A stretch of 64,000 nt of DNA, from NCBI GenBank assembly GCA_030264375.1, contig JASCQW010000146.1:26159232-26223231 (forward strand). Direction: 5' to 3'. The stretch comes from Carcharhinus longimanus. Its lineage: Eukaryota. The translations under genes and the position numbers were made by a program. Positions within the stretch are counted from its first letter, which is position 1; each line of letters opens with the position of its first letter. Below, piece by piece: positions 54,489 through 64,000 of the stretch. The notes under the pieces are model-generated. The model had not been told where the DNA came from and did no database searches. It saw only the letters and a list, made by a program, of their open reading frames with translations.

Positions 54489-55013
54489 TTATGGTGAAAT
54501 TAAAGTGATGGACACAAAATGGACTCTGGGAAGGGACATTAAAAGGCACTGACTTTGGGCACAGACAGTTCACAAAGAGTTAAAACTAGCAATATCTGAA
54601 TTGTTGCAGGAAGCTGGTCAGACCTGGGGCACTTTAAGACTTGAGATAAGAGCAGACCCAGAACAATGAGTTTGATAATAAGATCAGCCACTGATGGGGA
54701 CATGAATGCATAAATGTAATGAAATCAGCCACTGATGGGGACATAAAATGTATATATTGAAACCAGTCATTGATCGAGGACATAACTGCATAAATGTATC
54801 CATGTACAATGATGTCTTAACTGTCCATGTCTGTACCTGTCTGTTTGTAACAATGTGTTAAGTGTCGATGGTACAAGTTGAGTAGGCAGAAACGGACAAT
54901 GTGTTAACGACTAATGTCTAAAAGGTATAAAGATATTCAAATACCATTGTTTAGTTCAGAAGGTAGCTGCCAAGTACTGCAGAGTACCAGTGCTTTCTCC
55001 CAATATAGTGGAA
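54488..55013 (+). mobile_element. ERV LTR copy A (U3-R, lacks U5)
   Basis: Aligns with 60891-61410; three atcagccactgatggggacat-type repeats; TATAAA near 54926. Confidence 0.85.
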
Positions 55014-55218
55014 TAAAACCCCCACTGATTCAGAGGAGATATAATCCTTCATTCCTGGTTTATGGGAACAGTGAATTATAATGTTGTAATGATACTGAGA
55101 TGCTCCTAATGATTTTGGGGCACAAGTTCAAAGTCACAGTAGCTGGAGGAATTTAATTTCAATTTAATTGATAAAATCTGGAATTAAAAGGTAATCTCAG
55201 CAATAGTGACTATAAAAC

Positions 55219-55422
55219 TGTTATGGTGAAACTAAAGTGATGGACACAAAATGATTACCTGGCACACAAAATGGACCCTGGGAAGGGACATTAAAAGGCA
55301 TTGACTTTAGACACAGACAGTTACACAAAGAGTTAAAACCTGCAGAACTTGTCCAAAACTTGTCCAAAACTGTTTTGTTGAGCCTCTAAGTCTGACTCCA
55401 AAGTGGTAAATTTCCCACAACA
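55219..55422 (+). repeat. 5' LTR (copy B), internally deleted, 204 bp
   Basis: TGTTATGGTG..CCCACAACA; joins the first ~125 nt of U3 directly to U5. Confidence 0.88.
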
Positions 55423-55424
55423 AT

Positions 55425-55443
55425 TGGCATACTCGGCAAGGAT
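55425..55443 (+). promoter_or_regulatory. Primer binding site, most similar to tRNA-Ser
   Basis: TGGCATACTCGGCAAGGAT, 2 nt after the LTR end, vs the tRNA-Ser complement TGGCGTAGTCGGCAGGAT. Confidence 0.75.
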
Positions 55444-56169
55444 CTCATTGCTGGTAAGTTCGACCGTTTGGCCACAATCAGAAAGCCGGGGTAGAGATCA
55501 TTGAATCTGTGGGAATCAGACAAGGTCAATAATTCAGTTTAAAAGGGGTTAAAATTAAGGGCTATTTTATGGTATTATAGAAATAAGTACTAATTGCTGA
55601 TGATATAGTGACAAGTAACTGCTACTTGTGTTGACTGACTAGAGGACAAGGAAGTGCCTGTCTCAAATGCGTAGCCTCCCCTCACACGAAGGTCAGTACC
55701 CTGAAGGGGGCATAGAGGCACCAAGGGCACTTAGGATTGTGAAGCACAAGTGGCAAAGATAGGTTATCAAACTCTGTAGTGGCAAACAAATGCAGAGTTG
55801 ACACCTGTTTGCATCAAAGTTTGTATAGTTGGGTTTGTATAGTTGTAAAGTGGTGCGGAAAAGGAGCTGATCAACTCTGACCTACAGCCAGACTCCAGTG
55901 AAGAAACACATTGCTGAGGCGGTAATAGTGGAGCCATGAGTATAAATTGAAACCCTGAGATGGTAGTGAAACATGGTGCTAGAGTAGTAATAGTGGCCTG
56001 GGGTAATAAAATCCCTATGGTAGAGAGTACACATTACTAGGAGGTAATCGTGGCCATAAGGTGTACGAAACACGTTGCCAAGGAGGCAACTGTGACCGGG
56101 GGTAGTGAAGTCTGCGAGATAGCAGATAAAGAAGTTGAGAGAGAATCTGCAGGATCTCTTATTGAAGTG

Positions 56170-57444
56170 TATATGACAGATAGACGAACATTAATGAAGA
56201 GGATGCAAAGGGATGGCTGGGAATTTTCTCAGACCTTAGAACAGCAGAGAAAATGAATACATGGGGAAAAGGGAAACAAGACAAAAGGAGGCCAGGGTAT
56301 TAATACTACATCAATTAGCGGGACTAATTGAACAAGTAGTCACTTCTACTAAAAAGGTGGAGTGAAGATAAAGAGATTAGAGAATCAGAATCCAGAGTAA
56401 GGGAACTGGAGAAACGAAACCAAGTGTTAGAAAAGAATCAATGGGGAGGGGAAACTGTTCCTCTACCTCCTGATGAGTCCACACTACAGGGACCAACCGC
56501 TCCTCCAGAGGAGTGGGTAACGGTAGAACACAACTTAGCGCCAGTAACCTGATGGGGAACAGATGCGCAGCCAAAAGCGAATTATAAACTATTCACCCCA
56601 GGCGAAAGACAGCAGATAATGGCTTCCTATAAGGGCAAATACTAAATTCTGGGAAGAATTAGATACAATATGGGTAAGACACTAACTACACCTGAGAGAC
56701 ATACACCAACTGGCCAGGGCAGCCTGTCCAGCGGATAAGTGGAGGCAGGTAGCAGGTGGACCTGCCACTCCTCCGGCACAAGATTATAGTGGGGGACGTT
56801 GGACATACGTAGTCGCCCTAACAGCAGGAATAGATGCCCAACATGCACCTGTCACCCAGTTTAACTGAAATTCAGAGAGTTTTAGGAAATGGTCCTACTA
56901 ACTGGAGCAGAATTACCACGACCAAGCAGCTAAAGGGGGAAGGAGCTTCTGAGTACGGGAACGATTGTTCCAAGTACACCAGGAATGCTCAGGGCAAGGA
57001 AACCCAGGCCATGGGGATCAAGTGTTCATCCAGGCTTTCAAGGATGGGCTTTCTAGTGCTTACTAAACCATCCTAAAAACGGAAGCAATTATGTCCCAAA
57101 ATTACGATGAACTGGTAGAATGGGCTAATGGCGTAATGGGAGGCAGAGAGGAGAAATCCCAGACAAGAGTAACGCTAGAAAGAGTAGCCGCTTAGAGTAA
57201 CAGGAACGGAACTAAGTCCAAAGTGACTTGCCACAATTGTGGCTGACTAGGGCATTTTGCAAGGGACTGCGGGGTCCCAAGGAGAGGAAACAAACTTGGA
57301 AGCAGTGGGAAACATTATAGTCACTGTAATAAAAATGGACACACAGAAGCAGTGCGTTGGGGCAAACATGGGAGACCCCCGATCTGATCCATGACCACAG
57401 CGGAACTGGAAGGACCAAAGAACCTCCAAGGTCAGCAAGATTGA
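56170..57444 (+). pseudogene. gag: ERV gag remnant (5' boundary approximate)
   Basis: MHR-like NWSRITTTKQLKGEGASEYG; knuckles CHNCG*LGHFARDC (57229-57270) and degenerate YSHCNKNGHTEAVRW (57316-57360); ends QQD-TGA in frame with pro. Confidence 0.8.
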
Positions 57445-57640
57445 CAGTCTGCAGCCCCCATTCATAAGGGTGAGGAGGACAGAAGGATTCGTGTGTCTGC
57501 ACTAGTAGGGGGCAGGCAATGTGAGATGCTGGTGGACACAGGAGCATCCATATCTGTCACCAACCTACCCTTACTCACGACAAGTAAAATGATTAACCTA
57601 ACTGGGATAGGAGAGAACAAAACATACCTGTAGAAATAAA
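57445..57640 (+). pseudogene. pro: ERV aspartic protease remnant
   Basis: RIRVSALVGGRQCEMLVDTGASISVTNLP..INLTGIG with DTGA active site at 57535-57546. Confidence 0.85.
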
Positions 57641-57659
57641 TAATTTGTATATACTGATG

Positions 57660-59230
57660 CAGTAGTAAATGACAAACTAGAAACAGTAAGGTCAGAAAGA
57701 ATTGACAGAGGTCTATCCATGCAAGTGGCAGAACTAGTGGCACTCACACAGGCACTAGAATTATCTGAAGGCAAAACGGTAAACATATATACAAATAGTC
57801 AGCATGCATTCGGGGTAATACATGAATATATGACAGCATGGGGTAGAAGGGGGTTCATAACCACAGGAGGAACTCCTATTAAACACCAAAGAATTGAGGC
57901 ATTATTAAAAGCTAGTGAGAAATCCCGAGAAGCCACAGTAATAAAAATTAAAGCGCATCAGAAAGAACCAGGAAGAGATAACCCAGATTGGTTAAATTTC
58001 AAAGGGAACAAAATCACAGATAGAGCAGCACAATTAGCCTTAGAGCAGGAGGCAGTTGGTGAGCTGCCAATAGCAGTAACGGGATAGACAGGAGACAAAA
58101 TAGATATTCAGGACTTACATGAGGATACCTCAAAAGAGTAAAAAGGGAAGTGGGAAGCTCAGAGAGTGAGCGAAGGGATTGATAACATTTGAAGACAAAA
58201 TGATAAGGTAATGGCACCAGAGTGCATACAAAACACCTTCTTGGAACTATACCATGGACTCTCACATGAGGGAAAAGAGGCCATGGCAACTGGTATAGGA
58301 AAGGAATAGTGGTGGAAAGGAATGGGAAGGGACATAGCCTGACATTGTCACTGATGCGTGACATGTGCACAACACAACCCTGGCTGACCCATAAAAATTA
58401 AGATGGGACACGTGCCCCGAACAAAGGGACCCTGGGAACATCTGCAAATAGATTTCACAGGGCCACTACCACAATCCTGTCTATCCCGTTGTCTGGTTAT
58501 TATAGACCAGCTCACCAGGTGGGTAGAAGCATTCCCTACTACAAATTGTACTGCTACCATGGTAGCTAGAAATATTGGCAGAGGAGGTAATCCCTAGATG
58601 GGGAGTACTCCTACAAATTGATTTGGATCAAGGAACGCACTTCACTGGAAAGGTGATAAAAACAATGTGCCAGTTGATGGGAATAAAACAAAAACTCCAC
58701 ATTTCTTACCACTCACAGAGTTCTGGAATGGTGGAACGTATGAACTGAACCCTTAAGAATGCCCTAGCTAAAGCCATACAAACGTAAGGAAAAATGTGGA
58801 CAGAAGTATTGCCCACTATATTAACAAGGCTGAGAGCTACTACAAACCGTGCAACCAAATTAACCCCTTATGAACTAATGACAGGAAGGGCGATGCAATT
58901 ACCAGAAAGCATCATATCAGGTGGGACTAATGTAGACCCACTAAAAGATAAAATCAAAAGATATGTTTTGGAACTAAGCGCCCAACTAAAAGGGATGCGT
59001 AAATTAGGAAAAGATAATCAGGAAGAAAGACACACAGAGAGAGCTTGAAATGCTCCCTGTTGGGACAGCAGGAAGTCGCATCCGAGTAAAAACATTACCC
59101 GAAAAACCAGGGTTTGCACGAAAATGGAATGGGCCATATGAAGTTATAATTGGTGGAGACACCTGTGCCTGTCTCGGCATAAGAGGGAAAGGTGTATGGA
59201 AACATTAGACCCAGCTGAAATTACACAAAG
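57660..59230 (+). pseudogene. pol: ERV pol remnant: RNase H and integrase only
   Basis: QVAELVALTQALELSEGKTVNIYTNSQHAFG..KIKAH..GNKITD (RNase H); H..H..C..C, WEHLQIDFTGPLP, IDLDQGTHFTG, HSQSSGMVERMN, WNGPYEV (integrase). Confidence 0.92.
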
Positions 59231-59381
59231 AAATGAATGAATGAATTAAAGTGACCAGAGTGCTTTCCCCAAAACAGGTGATGACTACAAGCAAGAGTAA
59301 CTGATGCATTTGTGTTGGCAATATAACTTTTGGAAAATTGTTAACTTAAAGTTATAAGATTGATATTTGCTTGTTGCGGAT

Positions 59382-60852
59382 ATGTATAAGGTCACGTATG
59401 TAATTATATTACTTTGTATTGTCGCGACTGTAAACTTGACTGGGCTAGCAGATAACCTACTCTACAAGGATCATATACATTTACATGGGAATCAAACTTT
59501 TAGTTACCTGTTAGCCCAATCTGTAGAAGCCCTATTTGTGGCCACCCCTGGGTGGACCCCCCATGACTTATATACAGCAGATATCTCAGATGCACTCTGT
59601 GAAGGACAAATTGGCAAATATAAAAGGGGTATACAGGGAAGATGTATGGAACTTGTAAATCCCACAGATCCTGTGTGCAGGGGGCTCCAAGGGGTGGGAG
59701 GAAGAGCTTGCTCGGATAATGCAAGCTACCTGCTTTGTTTCTCGGGGCAGAAATAGGGATGTGCATATGCCTTGATCCCAAGAATGATTCCTGCGTACAG
59801 ACGCAGTGTGCCCGTCAGCACTGTTGGGTAAATAGAGGTCAGTTTACTTGTATCTGTAACGAGCAGAGATGCCTGAACGTAACCGCGGGGAGGCAACTCA
59901 TTTGTGGACAATGTAATGGGCCTCATGTCAGCCAAATGGACATACCTGTTTGATACTCACCAAGTGGTGGGATCAAACGGGGAGTCAAGTAAGCCGAGCA
60001 ATTGGCGGAAAACGCAAACCAATAATCAGGACACTAAATGCTACCGGACTAAGAAGGGATTTGTATTCTTCTTCAGTGGCATCTACACGACAGCAACACT
60101 AACCCTCCCGATCCTTTTTGCAGTAGGAACAATAGGACTACCACTGTTGCATGCCCTCAGAAGGGGCATATCCGGAGAAAGATAGTGACCCGGGCCATCA
60201 GCAAAGAATTCTGTGCTGATTGGGAAGCCCTGGGCATCGTCACTGGGATACGGGTTCCTTGGAGCCCTATCTCTGGTTTGGTGGGGGGTGGGGCGCAGAC
60301 AGGCAGGCAGCAGGAGTAATTAGTGCCAAAAATAGGAACCATATTATCTGTGGACTAACAGTCCTGGGAAACAGTACATCAAAAGCATTGGAAGCTGCCA
60401 ACCAAGAAATGGCTGAATTAAGATTATATGCACAGCAGACCTGATATGCAATAGACTACCAGTTAGCCCAACAGGGGGAGTATGCACAATAATAGGTGAC
60501 AAATGTATAACACATGTCACAGATAAATCCTATAACATCACCCATGTCATTAATTAGCATAAGAAAACAGCGTGATGACCTTAGACAAGGACCCAAGAAA
60601 GGGCGTACCTGGCTGGAATGGCTAGTGGAGGGATTCTGGGTATCCTATTTAATGCATGGACTGATCATTCTCATTGCAATAGTAATTGCCTGTTGCCTAA
60701 TTGTCGGATGCCTTAATGTGTGTTGCAAAGTAATGATGACTCGAATTGTGCCAGGAGCTAGCATAATCATCAAGGAAGAATACATGATGGGACCCCCCGA
60801 AGACACCAAGGATTACGAGGAAAGAAAGAAGAAGATGAACATCTACCTGTGA
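59382..60852 (+). pseudogene. env: ERV env remnant with filovirus GP2-like transmembrane subunit
   Basis: Signal peptide MYKVTYVIILLCIVATV; Cys-rich SU; basic RRKIVTR; heptad ICGLTVLGNSTSKAL..ELRLY..AIDYQLAQQGGVCTIIGDKC; hydrophobic anchor GLIILIAIVIACCLIVGCL; several frameshifts. Confidence 0.88.
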
Positions 60853-60878
60853 ACAATGCTACTGTTGTTGGTCTGACC

Positions 60879-60888
60879 AAAAGGGGGA
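60879..60888 (+). promoter_or_regulatory. Polypurine tract
   Basis: AAAAGGGGGA, 2 nt before the TG of the 3' LTR. Confidence 0.85.
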
Positions 60889-60890
60889 TC

Positions 60891-61482
60891 TGTTGGAGTG
60901 AAACCATAGTAAAGGACACAAAATGGTTACCTGGCACACAAAATGGACTCTGGGAAGGGACATTAAGAGGCACTGACTTTAGGCACAAACACTACACAAA
61001 TAGCTAAAACCTGTAGTGTTTAAATGACTTCAGGAAATGGGTCAGACCTTGAGGCATTTTAAACTTGAGATAAAAGCAGACCCAGAACAATGAATTTGGT
61101 AACAAGATCAGCCATTGATGGGGACATAACATCATAAGTGTATGTAACAAAATCAGCCATTGATAGAAGACATAACTGCATAAATGTATCTACTCTATAT
61201 ACAATGATGTGATAACTGTCAATGTCCGTACTTGTCTGTGCATAACGATGTGTTAACTGTCAATGTCCGTACTGTCTACTCAACTTGTAACAAGGTGCTA
61301 ACGGCTAATGCCCATACTGTCTATTATCTAAAAAGTATAAAAGATGCTCAGCTACCATTGTGTAGTTAAGAAGGCTGCTGCCTGTACTGCAGAGTGCCAG
61401 CGCTTCTCCCAAAGCTTTGTCCAAATAAAACTGTTTGTTGAATCTCCAAGTCTGACTCCGAAGTGGTGAATTTCCCACAACG
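60891..61482 (+). repeat. 3' LTR (copy C), full length ~592 bp
   Basis: TGTTGGAGTG..CCCACAACG (terminal CA>CG); TATAAAA at 61336; AATAAA at 61424-61429; U3 tandem repeats. Confidence 0.9.
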
Positions 61483-61905
61483 GAGGTGAGGCTGTCATTT
61501 TCAAAGATGGGAGTCATGGATTGTTTATTTCGTAGTGGCACTGATGATGAGAGATTTGAAAGAGAGAAAGATAGTATTTGAGAAAACAGTTTTAGCAAAC
61601 ATAAGTAAGGGAAATTGGGTGGTCAGTTTAGTGGGAATAGTGTCTAGAGAACAAGAGAGGTTCTCATTGATGAGATGAGCTTGGTGTGGGCATGAAGGAA
61701 GATACAAGAAAAGCTAGAGAAAGATGCAAATCCAGGATTAGGACAAGGATGGAGCTTGGAGGAAAGTGGACCCAGAGGGCTGGCAAAAGGAGGGAAATAG
61801 CGGAGGCAACTGAATAGAAGGGCTCAGCCTTTGGCACAAAAAAATTTATGTATTTGAGGTTCATTGCACTTGTTGGAGGTGAGGGTAGAGACTTGTTCAT
61901 GAAAA
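61483..61905 (-). mobile_element. L2-type LINE fragment
   Basis: SCSLDTIPTKL..FKSLII motif typical of the L2 RT N-terminal region. Confidence 0.55.
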
Positions 61906-62344
61906 ATAATCAAATTTTAAGTTCTAATTAAAAAATACATTTTAATTGCACATTGATTGAACCAAACTGCTCAGACTCATCCTATGTGGTGCCAAATGTT
62001 TAACACTAGAATTTAAAAACAGTGCTGCATTGTGTCTCCATAATTTACATAGTTTGCAAGAAACTGCAAATCAACATACTGGCCAAATTGAGTTACATCA
62101 CCACTGCATCTTTGGGCAAATAGGAAAAAAAGCACATTATATTGCATAGAAACCTTTCAAAGCATTTCATGTAGAGTTAATTGACTTGGATTTTAGTTAC
62201 TGTTATGTGGATAAAAGCAGTAGCTATCTTGTGCTCAAGAAATTCCCACAAACAATAATGAGATGCACAAGCAATTAAGCTGTTTTTGATGGTGCGTGGG
62301 CTGAAATACTTAACAGAACTCTTTAAGTATTGCTGAATCTATAT

Positions 62345-62825
62345 TTTTAAGTTTACTGATGACACCGCTGTAGTGGGTTGGTTCTCAAACAATGATAAGA
62401 CAGAGTACAGGAAAGAGATAGAGAATCTGGTGAAATGGTGCGATGACAATAATCTCTCCCTCAATGTCAGTAAAACAAAGGAGATATTCATCAAATTCAG
62501 GAATCGTACATGCCCCTGTTTATATCGAAGGTGAGGATGATCGAGAGCTTCACGTTTCTAAGGTGTTCAAATCACCAACAACCTATCCTGGTCCCTCCAC
62601 ATAGCAATACAATTAAGAAAGCCCACCAACACCTCTACTTTCTCAGAAGGCTAAGGAAATTTGGCATGTCCACCATGACTCTCACCAATGTCTACAGATG
62701 CACCACAGAAAGCATTCTTTCTGGTTGCATCACAGCTTGGAGTGGCTTCTATTTAGACCAAGACTGCAAGAAACTACAAAGGGTTGTGAACATAACCCAG
62801 TCCATTATGCAAACCATCCTCTTGT
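62345..62825 (+). mobile_element. Rex1/Babar-like LINE 3' fragment
   Basis: KFTDDTAVVG, LSLNVSKTKE, KKAHQHLYFLRRLRKFGMS..YRCTTESILSGCITAW. Confidence 0.8.
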
Positions 62826-62850
62826 CCAATGACTAAACAAGTGGAACAGG

Positions 62851-62991
62851 GTGGCACGGTAGCACAGTGCTTAGCACTGCTGCTTCACAGTTCCAGGGTC
62901 CTGGGTTTGATTGCTGGCTCAGGTCACTGTCTGTGTGGAGTTTGCACATTCTCCTCGTGTCTGCATGGGTTTCCTCCAGGTACTCTGGTTT
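62851..62991 (+). mobile_element. HE1-like V-SINE 5' part, runs into a gap
   Basis: gtggcacggtagcacagtgcttagcactgctgcttcacag head and tgtgtggagtttgcacattctcc V-domain. Confidence 0.8.
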
Positions 62992-63091
62992 NNNNNNNNN
63001 NNNNNNNNNNNNNNNNNNNNNNNNNNNNNNNNNNNNNNNNNNNNNNNNNNNNNNNNNNNNNNNNNNNNNNNNNNNNNNNNNNNNNNNNNNN

Positions 63092-63358
63092 TGATGTCCA
63101 TATCCGTACCTGTCTGCTTGTAATGATGTGTTAACTGTCGATGTCTGTATCTGCCTACTCAACTTGTAGCAATGTGTTAATAGCTAATGTCCAAACTATC
63201 TACTGTCTAAAAGGTATAAAGATGCTCAACTACCATTGCGTAGTTGAGAGGTAGCTGTCAAGTACTGCGGAGTACCAGTGCTTTCTCTCAAAGTTTTGTC
63301 CGAAATAAAACTATTTTGTTGAACCTCCAAGTCGGACTCAGAAGTGGTATATTTCCCA
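63092..63358 (+). mobile_element. ERV LTR copy D (3' U3-R-U5; 5' part hidden by gap)
   Basis: Aligns with 61220-61478; TATAAA and AATAAA present; terminal CAACA missing. Confidence 0.85.
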
Positions 63359-64000
63359 GTGATGCTCACATCGTGTGAAATAAAAAACTGCCAGCCCTTA
63401 GCAGACGGGATATCCGGTACAAGAGATCTCAATCGCAGAGGAGGCTCAAGTGCTATTGATTGTATTGGGCCTCCACAACAAACAGATAAGAGTTCCCTCC
63501 CACCAGTGGGCAAGACCCCCATTGGCCCCGCAAGATGCAGCCAATGATATTTAACTACAGATCAAGGGTTTATTTCCAATGAAATTTAATAGTGACACCG
63601 AGTGACAAATACGTTATATTTCAATGAACAGTTATGGAATTTAATTTTTCACAAAAGGCACTGAATCTAGAACATTAAAAAAATCTTAAATCTTCCCAAG
63701 ACCTCAGTTAAAGAGTGTAGTGTGCCATTTTGCGCTCTACACATAGGAAAAATAAAGCAGTTTTAGAAAGTGAATAACCAAGATAAGGATGTTGCCTGTT
63801 TGAAAAAATACAAACATAAAGAAAGGCTTGAAAAATTTGGCATTTTACATTAGAACATTGCAGTTGCAATGAATTAATAGAAATGTTTATGAAGTAATGA
63901 GGGTTCAAGAGCATGAGGAGATTGCTAAAATTTAGAATAGAGCACAGGAAAAAGTCTCATCATGGAGTTACAAGACAGATCACCTGCTGAATTGCATAAG

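Larger units (their letters stand above)
55219..61482 (+). mobile_element. Defective endogenous retrovirus in PITHD1 intron 2, antisense to the host gene
   Basis: LTR, PBS, gag (MHR, two CCHC), protease, RNase H, integrase, env, PPT and LTR in retroviral order; many stops and frameshifts; RT absent. Confidence 0.95.

Noticed and set aside
54683-54790. Spaced ~21-nt direct repeats resembling a CRISPR-like array
   Set aside because: The intervening sequences resemble each other and recur in LTR C; these are ordinary U3 enhancer-type tandem repeats in a eukaryotic LTR
59367-60852. env as an intact, domesticated syncytin-like gene
   Set aside because: Broken by several frameshifts and stops in this copy; only fragments of up to ~130 aa are open
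53255-64000. PITHD1 exons 1-2
   Set aside because: No FVESDADEELLFNIP-like exon found on the minus strand; probably beyond the window end or in a gap

Overview
Vertebrate genomic DNA, very probably a shark or other elasmobranch, judged from HE1-like V-SINEs and CR1/HER1-type LINE and Penelope-like repeats; several N gaps are present. It holds three spliced housekeeping genes in the human 1p36 order: the last five coding exons of GALE (+, 628-3133), a complete 9-coding-exon LYPLA2/APT2 (-, 33877-15893, 231 aa, GC-rich promoter near 38.1-38.2 kb) and the last four coding exons of PITHD1 (-, 53254-46114). Between GALE and LYPLA2 lies a dead duplicate of LYPLA2 exon 9. PITHD1 intron 2 contains a decayed endogenous retrovirus (55219-61482, +; LTR-PBS(Ser)-gag-pro-[RT deleted]-RNase H-IN-env-PPT-LTR) inside a cluster of four related LTR pieces. 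The most striking signal is its env transmembrane subunit, which looks like a filovirus GP2/internal-fusion-loop protein. Other points of note are non-conservative changes in the APT2 beta-tongue and a Penelope-type hammerhead ribozyme just upstream of the LYPLA2 promoter. All comparisons to reference proteins were made by eye from remembered sequences, and repeat boundaries are approximate.
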